Assembly: GCA_963815115.1 (NCBI GenBank)
Contig: CAWFFN010000008.1
Coordinates: 320,001-384,000 of the forward strand
DNA from: an uncultured delta proteobacterium
GTDB lineage: Bacteria > Desulfobacterota > Binatia > DP-6
DNA length: 64,000 nt
Direction: 5' to 3'
In this document: in pieces, positions 21,774 through 34,844 of the stretch
Layout: every line of letters begins with the position of its first letter
How positions within the stretch are numbered: position 1 is the first letter of the stretch
Notes under the pieces: model-generated
Seen by the model: only the letters and a program-made list of their open reading frames with translations
The model's database searches: none
Told to the model about the DNA's origin: nothing
Program-made: the position numbers and the translations under genes

Positions 21774-22864
21774 ACGGACGGCGCTTCCTGCTACCCGTGA
21801 TCGGCAAGCACGTCGGGGTGGAGTTCCTGCGCGCCTTCGGGCTCACCCTGCTGGCCTTCCTCGCCATCTACGTGCTGGCCGACTTCTTCGATCGCTTCGA
21901 CAGCTTCCTCCAGCACGACGCACGGCCCGGCGCGATCGTCCGTCTCTTCCTCTACCGCATTCCGCTGATCGTGACCCAGGTGACACCGGTCGCCGTTCTC
22001 GCCGGAGGTCTGGTCGGTCTCGGCCTTCTGGCGCGCCAGAACGAGTTCGTCGCCATGCGCGCGTGCGGCGTGAGCATCTGGCAGGTGCTGCTGCCGCTGT
22101 CGTTGCTCGCGCTCGTGATCAGCGTCGGGGTCTTCGCCTGGAACGAGACGGTCGTTCCGGCGAGCGCGCGGCGCTGGCACCAGATCTGGCACGAGGAGAT
22201 CAAGGGCAAGCAGACCGCCGGACTCTTCACCGGCCGAGAGGTCTGGTACCACGGTGGCGCCGGCTTCTACGACGTCAACCGCGTGGCGCCGCGCCGACGG
22301 CAGCTGGTCGGGCTCACGGTCTACCAGCTCGGTCCGGACTTCCGTCCCGCCCGGGTGATCCACGCCCAGACGGCGACCTGGACGGGCGATCAGTGGCAAT
22401 TCGAGGGCGGCCGGACGCTGGAGTTCGGAGGCGAGCGCGCCCGCGAGATCCCGGGCACGCCGGACGGCTTCACGCTGCCGGAGACACTGGACGATTTCAG
22501 CGTCGTCACCGTGGAGGCCGAGGAGTTCAGCTACAGCATGCTCCGCGATCAGATCGCGAGCCTCCAGTCGAAGGGCGTGGACGCCTCGGAGAGCTGGGTG
22601 GACCTGCATCTCAAGATCGCGCTCCCCATCGCCAGCCTCGTCCTCATGCTGGTCGCGGTGCCCCTCGCGGCACGCGGTACCCGGGTGACGAGCCTGCCCG
22701 CGGCCGTCGGGCTCGGCTTCGTGATCGGGTTCAGCTACTTCATCGTGCTCGCGTTCGCCCGCGCGCTGGGGCAGAGCGGCGCCCTGCCGCCGCTCCTCGC
22801 CGCCTGGGTCTCGAACGCGATCTTCGTGCTGATCGGAGCCTATCACCTGCTCGGCAGCGACTGA
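21770..22864 (+). CDS. lptG: LPS export ABC transporter permease LptG
   Basis: LARQNEFVAMRACGVS, LPPLLAAW; overlaps the lptF stop. Confidence 0.9.
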   Translation: MNGRRFLLPVIGKHVGVEFLRAFGLTLLAFLAIYVLADFFDRFDSFLQHDARPGAIVRLFLYRIPLIVTQVTPVAVLAGGLVGLGLLARQNEFVAMRACGVSIWQVLLPLSLLALVISVGVFAWNETVVPASARRWHQIWHEEIKGKQTAGLFTGREVWYHGGAGFYDVNRVAPRRRQLVGLTVYQLGPDFRPARVIHAQTATWTGDQWQFEGGRTLEFGGERAREIPGTPDGFTLPETLDDFSVVTVEAEEFSYSMLRDQIASLQSKGVDASESWVDLHLKIALPIASLVLMLVAVPLAARGTRVTSLPAAVGLGFVIGFSYFIVLAFARALGQSGALPPLLAAWVSNAIFVLIGAYHLLGSD

Positions 22865-22895
22865 GTCGGCGGGCTCGCCGCCGGCGGGAGGCCGC

Positions 22896-23933
22896 TCAGG
22901 GCACCAGAGCGGGCATCTCCAGGCCGACCGTCTCCGGCAGGCCCAGCATGATGTTCAGGCACTGGACCGCCTGCCCCGCCGCGCCCTTCCCGAGGTTGTC
23001 GATCGCCGTCATCACGATCGCTCGCCCCGTCCGCTCGTCCCAGTGCCAGCCGATGCTGCACCGGTTCGTCCCACGCACCTCGCGCAGCTCGGGCACCTCT
23101 CCTCCCCGCAGGACCACGAAGGGCTCGGCACCGTAGGCAGCCTCGAAGAGCTCCCCGAGCCGCTCCGGGCGGCCGTCCATTGGCACGTACATCGTGCTGA
23201 GGATGCCGCGACTGACGGGAAGCAGATGCGGGACGAAGATGCAGGGCGCGTCGGCGCCGGCGCGCATCAGCTCCTGATCGATCTCCGGCCGGTGCCGGTG
23301 TCCGGCGACTGCGTAGGCACGACAGTTCTCGTTGACCTCGGCGAAGAGCTGGTCGACCTTGACGCTCCTGCCGGCTCCCGTCGTCCCCGACTTGGCGTCG
23401 ATGATCACCGGCTCGCGGATGAGGCCGGCGCGTGCCAGCGGCACCAGTCCGAGCAGGGCGCCGGTGGGATAGCAGCCCGGCACCGCGACGAGCCGGGTAC
23501 CCCGGAGGGCCTCGCGGTAGAGCTCGGGAAGTCCGTACACCGCCTGCGAGAGCAGCTCGGGGGCCGCGTGCGGTCCGTACCAGCGGGCGTAGACGGCCGC
23601 ATCCCGCAATCGAAAGTCCGCCGAGATGTCCAGGACGCGCGGGCCGTCGGCGAGCACGTCGCGCACGAACGGCGCCGCCGTCCCGTGCGGCAGCGCGGTG
23701 AAGACGATCTCGGCCGATGACTCGCGCCAGGCCTCCGGCGTCGACAGTGGCAGATCGACGATGCCAGAGAGGAACGGGTAGACCTCCGAGGCGCGGCGCG
23801 AGCGGTATTGCTCCGAGGACAGGAACGTGACCTCGACCGCCGGATGCCGAGCGAGGAGCCTGAGCAGCTCTACTCCCGCGTAGCCGGTAGCGCCCAGCAC
23901 CGCGACGCGAACTCGCTCGGACGACGCAGGCAT
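22896..23933 (-). CDS. argC: N-acetyl-gamma-glutamyl-phosphate reductase
   Basis: GATGYAG, ALPHG, DISADFR, PGCYPT, DNLGKGAAGQAVQ. Confidence 0.97.
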   Translation of the reverse strand: MPASSERVRVAVLGATGYAGVELLRLLARHPAVEVTFLSSEQYRSRRASEVYPFLSGIVDLPLSTPEAWRESSAEIVFTALPHGTAAPFVRDVLADGPRVLDISADFRLRDAAVYARWYGPHAAPELLSQAVYGLPELYREALRGTRLVAVPGCYPTGALLGLVPLARAGLIREPVIIDAKSGTTGAGRSVKVDQLFAEVNENCRAYAVAGHRHRPEIDQELMRAGADAPCIFVPHLLPVSRGILSTMYVPMDGRPERLGELFEAAYGAEPFVVLRGGEVPELREVRGTNRCSIGWHWDERTGRAIVMTAIDNLGKGAAGQAVQCLNIMLGLPETVGLEMPALVP

Positions 23934-23996
23934 CGAATGACGGGTCTACGCGAGCGGCACGCCGCACGCAACGCGCGCCCCCGACTCGCAGCGGCG

Positions 23997-24395
23997 CTAG
24001 CGCTTCGAGTACTGCGGCCGCTTGCGCGCCTTGTGGCGCCCGTACTTCTTGCGCTCGACGGCACGCGAATCACGCGTGATGAAGCCGGCCTTCTTGAGCG
24101 CGGGGCGATACTCCGGGTCGACCTGGAGGAGCGCGCGCGTGATGCCATGCCGGATGGCCACGGCCTGGGCGCTCACACCGCCGCCGCAGACGTTCACGTC
24201 GGTCCGGTACTGCCCGGCCGTCGACGTGACCTCGAACGGCTGGCGGATGATCATGCGCGACGACTCGCGCCCGAAGTACTCGTCCGCCGGACGCGCATTC
24301 ACGGTGATCTCACCCTCGCCGGCGCGGAGCCTCACGCGCGCGACGGAGGTCTTGCGCTTGCCAGTCCCGGAGAACGTGTTGGTCTCTGCGCTCAT
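23997..24395 (-). CDS. rpsI: 30S ribosomal protein S9
   Basis: [12 protein letters not shown]...[19 protein letters not shown]. Confidence 0.99.
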   Translation of the reverse strand: MSAETNTFSGTGKRKTSVARVRLRAGEGEITVNARPADEYFGRESSRMIIRQPFEVTSTAGQYRTDVNVCGGGVSAQAVAIRHGITRALLQVDPEYRPALKKAGFITRDSRAVERKKYGRHKARKRPQYSKR

Positions 24396-24410
24396 CGATG
24401 TCGCCGATCC

Positions 24411-24854
24411 TCAGGTGAGTGGCACCGGCCTCTGCGCCCGGTGCGGATGATCGGGACCGGCGTAGACCTTGAGCTTGGTCGCGAGCCGGCGCCCGAGGCG
24501 GTTCTTCGGCAGCATGCCCTCGACGGCCTCGCGGATCACGCGGGTTGGCTTCTTGTCGAGGACTTCCTGCGCGCTCGCTCGCTTGATGCCGCCGGGATAG
24601 CCGGAGTGGCGGACATAGGTCTTGTCGGCGAGCTTGTTGCCGGTCAGCCGCACGCCCTTCGCGTTGACCACGATGACGAAGTCACCGGCATCGAGGTGCG
24701 GCGAGAAGCTCGGCTTGTGCTTGCCGCGCAGCACGGTGGCTATCCGGGTCGCCAGCCGGCCGAGGACCTGTCCGTCGGCGTCGGCAACGTACCAGCGACG
24801 CTCGGCCCGAGCGGCTTCGGTGGTCAGGCTTCGCGTCTCGTGTGTGATGGGCAT
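24411..24854 (-). CDS. rplM: 50S ribosomal protein L13
   Basis: WYVADA...LGRLA...RGKHKP, HSGYPGG, GMLPKN. Confidence 0.99.
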   Translation of the reverse strand: MPITHETRSLTTEAARAERRWYVADADGQVLGRLATRIATVLRGKHKPSFSPHLDAGDFVIVVNAKGVRLTGNKLADKTYVRHSGYPGGIKRASAQEVLDKKPTRVIREAVEGMLPKNRLGRRLATKLKVYAGPDHPHRAQRPVPLT

Positions 24855-24875
24855 GTGCGAACTCGGGAGAAATGA

Positions 24876-24949
<74 letters not shown>

Positions 24950-25120
24950 GTGCTGCTCGGCCCGGAGCGAGCGTGATTAGCCTACCGCCGCTCGCGTTGC
25001 AATCCCGGGATGGAGCTCGGCACCCCGAGTTGCGTTCCCGCACGGGATGACGTTGTAGGGGGGCCGGGGCCCGCGATTGCCGTCGGGTGCGGCTCCGCGA
25101 CAGCAGGAGGAGGTACCGGG

Positions 25121-25678
25121 ATGGCGGGTCCCGTCGGAAGCGTGGCACAGGGGGGACGGTCGGCCTCCGGATGGTCGATCGTTGCTGGCGTGATCCTCGT
25201 GATCGCCGGCGTGCTGGCGATCGGGGTACCGTGGATCCCGGCCCTGGTGGCGACGCTGTGGGTCGCCTGGGCGCTGGTGTTCGGCGGAGCAGCCGAGATC
25301 ATCAACGCCTTGGTCACGCGTGCGGGGATGATCTGGAAGCTGGCGCTCGGTCTGCTCTACATCGCGACCGGTCTCTTCATTCTGTTCCGACCCGAGCCCG
25401 GCCTTGCGGCGGTGGCCCTGGTCCTCGGCGTGTTCCTGCTCGTCCAGGGCATCATCCTCGGCTTCATTGCTCTGCAGTGGCGCCCGATGTCGGGCTGGGG
25501 ATGGTGGCTCTTCGACGCCGTCATCACCCTGCTCCTCGCCTTCTTCATCCTGGAAGGCTGGCCCAGCAACTCGGCCGCGATGCTCGGACTCTTCGTCGGA
25601 GCGAGCATGCTCGTCAGCGGGGTGAATCGCCTCGTCCTCGCCTCGGCCATGCGAGCCGCCGTCCCGAAGCCGGCCTGA
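25121..25678 (+). CDS. HdeD/DUF308 family membrane protein
   Basis: About six hydrophobic helices with GW.W, WP.S...LGLFVG pattern; AGGAGG upstream of the ATG at 25121. Confidence 0.8.
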   Translation: MAGPVGSVAQGGRSASGWSIVAGVILVIAGVLAIGVPWIPALVATLWVAWALVFGGAAEIINALVTRAGMIWKLALGLLYIATGLFILFRPEPGLAAVALVLGVFLLVQGIILGFIALQWRPMSGWGWWLFDAVITLLLAFFILEGWPSNSAAMLGLFVGASMLVSGVNRLVLASAMRAAVPKPA

Positions 25679-25703
25679 GGCGACTCGCGAACGACGCCTC
25701 CCC

Positions 25704-26777
25704 TCAGGGGCGGACGACGTAGAAGGCGTTGATCGGACTATCGAGCTGGAGGGCCTCGAACGAGGCGAAGCCCGCTTCCCGGGTCATCCGCCGGGCGAGG
25801 TCCTCGGACAGCCCGAGCGTGCCGAGCCCCGCGCCGCCTGCCTCGGACAGCGCCGACGACATGCAGGCCAGCACGGAGATGCCGTACATCATCGGCGTCA
25901 TCGGATTCTTCGCCACCTCCGCCTCGTAGCTCCCCTGCGCCTTCACGTCGGCGATGAGCCACACGCCATCGGGCCGGATCGCGGCCCGGATGCTCCGCAT
26001 CGCCCTGGCCGGATCGGTCATGTCGTGCAGGCAGTCGAAGGTGGTGATGAACCCGAAGCGGCCGTCCTCCGGGAGGGGGTCCGAACGGACCTCGTGGAAC
26101 GTCACGTTGGCCACGCCGGCGGCCGCACGGTTCTCCTCGGCGCGGTCCAGGGCATGCGTCGAGATGTCCCAGCCATGGAACTCCGAACGCGGGAACGCCC
26201 TGGCCATCTCGACGAGCGCAACGCCGGCTCCGCACCCCACGTCGGCGACCGCGATGCCATCCATGAGCCGCTCGACCACTCCGGGCACCGCCGGCAGCGC
26301 CAGCGGCACCAGCAGCGTCCGGAACCAGGGCGCGAACCCGCGCTCGATGCCGACCGCGCCTTCGGGACCGAAGGCATCGTAGGGCAAACCGATGCCGGTG
26401 CGGAACGCCTCCGGCAGGCGATCGAGGATGCCGGCGAGCTGCGGCAGCAGCGAGAAGAAGCCGGCCCCGCAGGTGGGAGCGCTCACGTCGGCCAGCACCG
26501 CCTCCCCCTCGGCGCTGAGTGCGAAGCGGCCAGCCCCGCGGTAGTCCAGGATACCCGCCGCCCCCTGCTGCGCGAGCCATTCGCGTATCCAGCGCTCGTT
26601 CAGCCCCGTGCGCCCCGCCAGGTCGGCGCTGGTCAACGGCTCTCCGTCGGCGAGCGCTCGATACAATCCCAGCCGGTCTCCCAGCCAGACCATGATCGAG
26701 GTCATGGCACCGCCGAGCGCATCGAACACGCGCCGGGCATAGAGCTTGAGCGCATCGGGATCCGTCGCGCGAGCCAT
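25704..26777 (-). CDS. Class I SAM-dependent methyltransferase with N-terminal winged helix (Rv2258c-like)
   Basis: GDRLGLYRAL, ERWIREWL, ADVGCGAG, FDCLHDM. Confidence 0.85.
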   Translation of the reverse strand: MARATDPDALKLYARRVFDALGGAMTSIMVWLGDRLGLYRALADGEPLTSADLAGRTGLNERWIREWLAQQGAAGILDYRGAGRFALSAEGEAVLADVSAPTCGAGFFSLLPQLAGILDRLPEAFRTGIGLPYDAFGPEGAVGIERGFAPWFRTLLVPLALPAVPGVVERLMDGIAVADVGCGAGVALVEMARAFPRSEFHGWDISTHALDRAEENRAAAGVANVTFHEVRSDPLPEDGRFGFITTFDCLHDMTDPARAMRSIRAAIRPDGVWLIADVKAQGSYEAEVAKNPMTPMMYGISVLACMSSALSEAGGAGLGTLGLSEDLARRMTREAGFASFEALQLDSPINAFYVVRP

Positions 26778-26952
26778 GCGGGCAGTCAAGCACGGTCGCC
26801 CCGAAGGTTGCCAGAGGCCCGAGCGAGAGCGTCCTCCCGTTGCCCCGCAGTCATGGGTAGGGACGAAAGGGATTGCGCCCATGTCCGAACCCGTTGACAA
26901 TCACCGACTACCCGTAGGAAGCACATCACGAGCACGCCCGGCGGAGGGATAC

Positions 26953-28503
26953 GTGGCTACTGCGGTCGAAGGCGAAGCAAGAGACGACGAGATCGACCTG
27001 ACCGCGCCGGCCGCCGGCCGACCGCTGCGCGTCGTGCTCCTCGGCTTCTACAACTACTTCTCGCACGCGCTGCGCATCTTCCATCCCCTGCTCGCCCAGC
27101 GCGGTCACGAGGTTCATTCGGTCTTCGTGAAGAACCAGTTCACCTACGGCCACCCCACCCGGCAGGAAGAGGACATGGTCGTGGAGCTCGTCGAGAGCCT
27201 TCGACCCGACGTCGTGGCCGTGTCGGTCTGGTCCACCTACTTCCAGCTCGCGGCGCGGCTCACCGAGCGCATCAAGGAACGGACGGGTGCGGTCGCCATC
27301 TGGGGCGGCATCCATGCCCAGGTGGAGCCCGAGGAGAGCCTGCGCTACGCCGACGTCGTCTGCCGGTCGGAGGGCGAATACGTGCTGGCGGAGCTCACCG
27401 ACCGGATCGGACTCGGCCAGGACTACACCGACCTGCGTGGCTGCTGGGTCCGGCACGACGAGACGATCGCGCGCAACCCGCCCCGGATGCTCATCTCGAA
27501 TCTGGACGCCCTGCCCCCGGCCGATCACTCGCCGCACAACAGGCATTACCTGGGACACGGAGCCTGGGTGGATGCGGCGAGCTTCGATGCCGACCAGGTG
27601 TCGTGCGACATCATGATGGTGCGCGGCTGCCCGTTCGAGTGCACGTTCTGCATCCACAACTACACGCGCAAGGTGTCGGTGGGGCTCGGGACCTACATCC
27701 GCCGCCGCTCGGTCGACCACGTCCTCCGCGAGCTTGCGGCGGTGAAGAGGCAGCGACCGAAGCTCGCCGGCATCGCCATCAGCGACGACATCTTCGCCCC
27801 GCCGCGCCGCTGGCTGGAGGAGTTCTGCGATCGGTACAAGCGCGAGATCGGGCTGCCGTTCGCGATCTGGACCTTCCCGGGCATGGTCGACGAGGACAAG
27901 GTGCGCCTCATGCGCGACGCCGGCCTCGGGTTCGCCACCATGGGAATCCAGTCGGGCTCCGAGCGCATCCGGCGCGAGTGCTACGAGCGCGAGACCAGCG
28001 ACGACGACATCGTGAAGGCCTGCGAGATACTCAAGCGGCACGGCGTGGGCCGCAACCTCGACTTCATCGGGGACAACCCGTACGAGGCCGAGGAGGATCG
28101 GCAGGCCACCCTGGACCTCCTGCTGCGACTGCCCAAGCCGTTCTACTTCAACTACTTCTCGCTCACCTATTTCCCCGGAGTCGAGCTCACGACGCGGGCG
28201 TTGCGCGACGGGCACATCAAGGCCGAGGACGTCGAGCATCTGGCGCAGAAGGGCTACGAGCTGTGGGGCGGGACCCTCTCACCCCTGCGCTCCATCGAGG
28301 ATCTCCGGTGGGACGTCGCCTACATGATGGCCGTCTATCGCTTCCCGCGTTGGCTCGTCGAAGCGATGGTGCGGCGTCCCGTCTTCCGTAGGCACATCCA
28401 CCGGGCCGCCGAGGGCATGCGGCACCTCCGCACAATGGCCCACTGGAAGGCCAGGGTCGCCCACCGCCTGACGGGTCAGCTGATCTTCCCGTCGCCGAGC
28501 TGA
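26953..28503 (+). CDS. B12-binding-domain radical SAM protein
   Basis: GGIHA cobalamin-domain motif, RGCPFECTFC (CxxxCxxC), DDIF, MGIQSGSERIR; GTG start after GGAGGG. Confidence 0.88.
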   Translation: MATAVEGEARDDEIDLTAPAAGRPLRVVLLGFYNYFSHALRIFHPLLAQRGHEVHSVFVKNQFTYGHPTRQEEDMVVELVESLRPDVVAVSVWSTYFQLAARLTERIKERTGAVAIWGGIHAQVEPEESLRYADVVCRSEGEYVLAELTDRIGLGQDYTDLRGCWVRHDETIARNPPRMLISNLDALPPADHSPHNRHYLGHGAWVDAASFDADQVSCDIMMVRGCPFECTFCIHNYTRKVSVGLGTYIRRRSVDHVLRELAAVKRQRPKLAGIAISDDIFAPPRRWLEEFCDRYKREIGLPFAIWTFPGMVDEDKVRLMRDAGLGFATMGIQSGSERIRRECYERETSDDDIVKACEILKRHGVGRNLDFIGDNPYEAEEDRQATLDLLLRLPKPFYFNYFSLTYFPGVELTTRALRDGHIKAEDVEHLAQKGYELWGGTLSPLRSIEDLRWDVAYMMAVYRFPRWLVEAMVRRPVFRRHIHRAAEGMRHLRTMAHWKARVAHRLTGQLIFPSPS

Positions 28504-28531
28504 ACGCCCTCGACGGACAGGACGATCGCAG

Positions 28532-28603
28532 TGGGCGGTACTGGGATCGAACCAGTGACCCCCGGCTTGTAAGGCCGATGCTCTGCCGCTGAGCTAACCG
28601 CCC
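28532..28603 (-). tRNA. tRNA-Val(TAC)
   Basis: GGGCGGTTAGCTCAG...CGGCCTTACAAGCCG...GTTCGATCC...ACCGCCCA. Confidence 0.95.
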
Positions 28604-28617
28604 GGCCCGGGACGGCG

Positions 28618-28891
28618 CTAGTTGAGCGTATCCTTGAACGTCTTGCCGGCTTTGAATTTTGCCGACTTGGACGCCGAGGATCTGGATGCTCTCACCGGTC
28701 TTCGGGTTGCGTCCCGTGCGTGCCTTGCGCATCGAAACCGCGAAGGTACCGAAGCCGGAGATGTTGACCTTGTCTCCGTTGCGGAGCGCGCCGACGATGT
28801 CGTCGAAGACGATGTTGACGGCACGCTCGGCCTGCCCCTTCGGCAGATCGAGCTTGGTGGCGACGGATTCGATCAGGTCGGCCTTGGTCAT
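28618..28891 (-). CDS. hup: DNA-binding protein HU with a 1-nt insertion near 28678 (probable assembly error)
   Basis: MTKADLIE...GFGTF...ARTGRNPKTGESIQI then frame change to SASKSAKFKAGKTFKDTLN. Confidence 0.92.
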
Positions 28892-28943
28892 CGCCTATCC
28901 CCTCTCACGGGCGCGGCCGCTTTAGCAACCGACCCGTGGGCTG

Positions 28944-31408
28944 TCAATGCGTGACGACGTCGGTGTCGGGCTGCACCGGCGCCGGGAACGGCGGCGGCGC
29001 GACCGGCTCCGCAGGGGGCGGATCGACGGGCTTCCGCAGGTACGCCTCGGGATCCTCGAGCACGAGTGCCTTCCGCAGCACGTGGTCCATGTGCTCGACG
29101 GTCTCGATGGCCACCGACTTCAAGATGACCGCCGGAATGTCCTGGATGTCCTTCTGGTTCTCGAACGGGACGAGGACGCGCTTGATCCCGCCGCGATGAG
29201 CCGCCAGGACCTTCTCCTTGAGTCCACCGATGGGCAGCACGTAGCCCCGGAGGGTGACCTCACCCGTCATCGCGAGGTCGTGGCGGACGGGGATGCGGGT
29301 GAGCGCCGACACGAGCGCCGTGGCCATGGTGATGCCTGCCGAGGGTCCGTCCTTGGGAATGGCGCCCTCGGGCACGTGAATGTGGATGTCGATCTTCTGG
29401 TAGAAGTCGCGCTCCAGCCCGAGCTCCTCTGCGCGCGAGCGCACGTAGGACAGTGCGGCCTGCGCCGACTCCTGCATGACCTCGCCGAGGCGGCCGGTGA
29501 TGATGAGCTTGCCCTTCCCCGGCAGGACCTGCACCTCGGTGGCGAGCAGTTCGCCGCCGAGATCGGTCCACGCGAGTCCGGTGGCGACTCCGACCTTGTG
29601 CTCCATCTCGGCCTTGCCGAAGCGGAAGCGCGGCGGCCCGAGATACGGCAGCAGCGACTTCGTCGTCACCCGCACCTGGGCGTTGCGATCCTTCTTCACG
29701 ACCTCGACGGCCACCTTCCGGCAGATGGAGGCGATCTCGCGCTCGAGGTTCCGGACGCCCGCTTCCTTCGTGTAGTGACGGACGAGCGCCAGTATCGAGT
29801 TGTCGGCGAAGACGATGTTGGCCTCCTGAAGGCCGTTGGCTTCGCGCTGCTTCGGAATCAGGTAGCGCTTGGCGATGTTGAGCTTCTCCAGCTCGGTGTA
29901 GCCGGCGATCCGGATGATCTCCATGCGGTCCTGGAGGGGGCGGGGATCCGCTCCAGCGTGTTCGCCGTAGTGATGAACATGACCTTGGACAGGTCGTAGT
30001 CGACGTCCAGGTAGTGGTCGTTGAACGAGTTGTTCTGCTCCGGATCGAGAACCTCGAGCAGCGCCGACGACGGATCGCCGCGGAAGTCGGTCGACATCTT
30101 GTCGACCTCGTCGAGAAGGAAGACCGGGTTGCCCGAAGCGGCCTTCTTCATCGACTGGATGATCTTGCCGGGGAGCGCGCCGATGTACGTGCGCCGGTGG
30201 CCGCGAATCTCGGCCTCGTCGCGCACGCCGCCCAGCGACACGCGCACGAACTTCCGGCCGGTGGCGCGAGCAATCGACTTCCCGAGTGACGTCTTGCCGA
30301 CGCCTGGCGGGCCGACCAGACACAGGATGGGCCCCTTCAGATGGCCGACCAGGCTCTGGACCGCGAGGTACTCGAGGATACGCTGCTTCACCTTCTCGAG
30401 CCCGTAGTGGTCCTCCTCGAGCACCTGCTCGGCGACGCCGATGTCGAGCTTGTCCTCGGTGTAGTCCCGCCATGGCAGCGAGATGAGCCAGTCGATGTAG
30501 TTGCGGACGACGGTCGCCTCCGCCGACATCGGCGACATCATCTTGAGCTTCTTGAGCTCCTTCTCCGCCTTCTCGCGTGCCTCCGCCGACAGCTTCTTCT
30601 GGCGGATCTTCTCCTCGAGCTCCTGGATCTCGTTCTTGAACTCGTCCTTCTCGCCGAGCTCCTTCTGGATCGCGCGCATCTGCTCGTTGAGGTAATACTC
30701 CTTCTGGGTCTTCTCCATCTGCTTCTTGACCCGGGAGCGGATGCGCTTCTCGACCTCGAGGATCTCGATCTCGGACCGCATGAAGCCGAGCACCTTCTCG
30801 AGGCGCTCGGCCGGATTCAGCATCTCGAGCAACGCCTGCTTGTCCTCGAGCTTGATGCCGAGGTGGGCGACGATGGTGTCCGCCAGGCGCGCCGGGTCGT
30901 CGATCGACGCCACCGACATGGTCATCTCTGGCGGAATCTTCTTGTTCAGCTTGGCGTAGTTCTCGAAGGTGGAATTGACGCTGCGAACGAGCGCCTCGAC
31001 CTCCGTGGTCTTGTCGCACTGCTCCTCGATGGGCTCCACCTCGACGAGGAAGTGCTCGGCGTGGTCGAGGTAGCGCGTGACGCGCGCGCGCTGCTTGCCC
31101 TCGACGAGCACCTTGACGGTGCCGTCAGGCAGGCGCAGCAGCTGGACGACCGTCCCGAGCGTACCGACGCGGTAGATGTCCTCCTCGGCGGGCTCGTTCG
31201 TCTTGGCATCCTTCTGCGCCGCCAGCAGCACCGGTCGCTGCTTGTTCACCGCCTCCTCGAGCGCACGGATCGACTTCTGGCGACCGACGAAGAGCGGGAC
31301 CACCATGTGCGGGAAGACGATGATGTCGCGCAGGGGAAGGAGAGGGACGCGCAGCTCCCCGCCCGCCGGCGGGCCCTGAGGATCGCGCTTGTCGTTCCGG
31401 AACAGCAT
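28944..31408 (-). CDS. lon: ATP-dependent protease Lon, split by a 1-nt deletion near 29936-29945 (probable assembly error)
   Basis: [16 protein letters not shown] Walker A in one frame; PLQDRME and PKDGPSAG catalytic Ser in the other. Confidence 0.96.
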
Positions 31409-31458
31409 GCAGACCTATTCTGCCTGGCTCCCGATTGCTTCTCGACTGCGGCCCGGGG

Positions 31459-32712
<1,254 letters not shown>

Positions 32713-32722
32713 TGACGCCCCC

Positions 32723-33328
32723 TTAGACCTTCACCTTGCCCGGCCGGGTCACAATGACCTCGTCGACAAGGCCGTACTCCACGGCCTGCTTGCCGGTCAT
32801 GAAGAGGTCTCGGTCGGTGTCTTTCTCCACCTTCTTCAGGCTCTGGCCGGTATGCTTCACGAGGATGTTGTTCATCTGTTCACGCAGCCGCAGGATCTCG
32901 CGTGCCTGGATGTCGATGTCCGAGGCCTGGCCCTGCACGCCGCCCGCCGGCTGATGGATCATGATGCGGGCGTGAGGCAGCGCGAAGCGCTTGCCCTTCG
33001 CCCCGGCGGCCAGGAGCCACGCCGCCATGCTCGCCGCCTGCCCGATGCAGATCGTCGACACCTCAGGCTTCACGTACTGCATGGTGTCGTAGATGGCGAG
33101 CCCCGCCGTGACCGAGCCTCCCGGAGAGTTGACGTAGAGGAAGATGTCCTTCTCGGGGTCTTCCGATTCGAGGAAGAGGAGCTGGGCCACGATGAGGTTT
33201 GCGATCTCGTCACCCACCGGGGTTCCGAGCAGGACGATCCGGTCGCGCAGGAGACGGGAGTAGATGTCGTAGGCCCGCTCGCCGCGACCGGTCTGCTCGA
33301 TGACGATTGGGACGAGGTTCGCTTGCAT
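32723..33328 (-). CDS. clpP: Clp protease proteolytic subunit
   Basis: [29 protein letters not shown]. Confidence 0.98.
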   Translation of the reverse strand: MQANLVPIVIEQTGRGERAYDIYSRLLRDRIVLLGTPVGDEIANLIVAQLLFLESEDPEKDIFLYVNSPGGSVTAGLAIYDTMQYVKPEVSTICIGQAASMAAWLLAAGAKGKRFALPHARIMIHQPAGGVQGQASDIDIQAREILRLREQMNNILVKHTGQSLKKVEKDTDRDLFMTGKQAVEYGLVDEVIVTRPGKVKV

Positions 33329-33356
33329 CGGCGCGGGCCCGTTCTCGGTCGGGATT

Positions 33357-34670
33357 CTACCGGCTTTGATTTTCAACGGCAACTTCTCCGGACCCCGATT
33401 CTGGCACGATCCTTGCGGTTGATACCAGATGCTCCAGGGCTTTCTGTCGTCCCAGACGCACCCGGAGAGCCGAACGGGCTTCGGGACGCTCGTACAGCGC
33501 TCGAATCCGCTCAGGTGACTGTCCCTCGCGGGTGGCAAATGACTCGATCTCCCGCTCCACTGCCTCCTCGTCGGGCATGAAGCCCTCGCGCTCCGCGATC
33601 GCATCGAGAACGAGGTCGGCACGCACCTCCCGCTCGGCCCGGGGCCGCAGCTGCTCGCGCAGGCGCGCCAGTGCCGGCTCCTGCTCGGACCCCTCCGGCA
33701 GGCGAATGTCGAGGGCGGCGATGATGGCCTCGCAGCGCCGGTCCACCAGCGACGCCGGGACCTCGAAGGGATGCCGGGCGAGCACCTGGTCCAGGATGGC
33801 CTCGCGCACCGCTCCCTCCGCGCGTTCCTCGGCCTGGCGCCGGAGATCGGCCCGAACGCGCGCGCGCAGATCCTCGAGCGTCTCGGCCCGCCCGTGGTCG
33901 CGAGCGAACTCGTCGTCGAGCGCCGGCAGCTCCTTTGCGCGCAGGTCGACGACCTCGACCTCGAACGCGACCGACCGGCCGGCGAGCGACGGATTGGAGT
34001 AGTCGGCCGGGTACGGAACCGTGAGCGACAGCCGCGTGCCCCGGTGCTGGCCGACCAGCTGCCGCTCGAGCGCGAGCGGGAAGGACCCGCCGCCCGCCTC
34101 GAGCAGGACGCCCTCGCGTTGCGACGGCTCACCACCCTCGACGCGGCTCGTCAGATTGAGGGAGACGACGTCGCCCGCCCCGATGACCTGGCGATCGGTG
34201 ATCGGCCGGAGCTGCGCCACCGACTCGCGCAACGACTCGATCATGCGCTCGACGTCCTGCTCCGTGACCACGGCCGCCGGCCGCCTGGCCTCGAAGCCTC
34301 CGAGGTCGGCGAGCACGATCGCCGGCCGGACGTCCACCGTGGCCGAGTAGCGCAGCGCCTCGCCCGGCGTGAGCACATCGGCGTCGATCTCCGGCGTGCC
34401 GACGACGGCCAGCTGGTGCTCGTGGATGGCGTGATGGAACGATTCCTCCACCAGCCGGCCGAGCACCTCGCGACGGACCTGGTCGCCGAACATGCGCTCG
34501 AGCACGTGGCGCGGCGCCTTGCCCGGCCTGAAGCCGGGAAGCCGCGCCTGGCGGCCGACGAGCGCGAAAGCGCGATCGACCTCCGCCTGCACCGCCGGCG
34601 CGCCGATCTCGATCTGCAGGCGCTTCCGACTGGGCCCGAGCTCCTCGAGCGTGATCTTGGGGGCGTCCAT
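33357..34670 (-). CDS. tig: Trigger factor
   Basis: PGFRPGKAP ribosome-binding motif; tig-clpP-clpX-lon synteny. Confidence 0.95.
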   Translation of the reverse strand: MDAPKITLEELGPSRKRLQIEIGAPAVQAEVDRAFALVGRQARLPGFRPGKAPRHVLERMFGDQVRREVLGRLVEESFHHAIHEHQLAVVGTPEIDADVLTPGEALRYSATVDVRPAIVLADLGGFEARRPAAVVTEQDVERMIESLRESVAQLRPITDRQVIGAGDVVSLNLTSRVEGGEPSQREGVLLEAGGGSFPLALERQLVGQHRGTRLSLTVPYPADYSNPSLAGRSVAFEVEVVDLRAKELPALDDEFARDHGRAETLEDLRARVRADLRRQAEERAEGAVREAILDQVLARHPFEVPASLVDRRCEAIIAALDIRLPEGSEQEPALARLREQLRPRAEREVRADLVLDAIAEREGFMPDEEAVEREIESFATREGQSPERIRALYERPEARSALRVRLGRQKALEHLVSTARIVPESGSGEVAVENQSR

Positions 34671-34696
34671 GGCGTCTCGTGGCGTGTTACGGGCAA

Positions 34697-34776
34697 TGCG
34701 AGAGGGGGGACTCGAACCCCCACGGTTGCCCGCGAGATCCTAAGTCTCGTGCGTCTGCCAGTTCCGCCACTCTCGC
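34697..34776 (-). tRNA. tRNA-Leu(TAG)
   Basis: GCGAGAGTGGCGGAACTGGCAGACGC...GAGACTTAGGATCTC, variable arm, GTTCGAGTCC. Confidence 0.93.
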
Positions 34777-34844
34777 GTCGTGCGTCGGCACCGGTCGACC
34801 CAATAACAACGCCCCCCGGGCAAGACAAGCCAAAGCCGGCCGTC

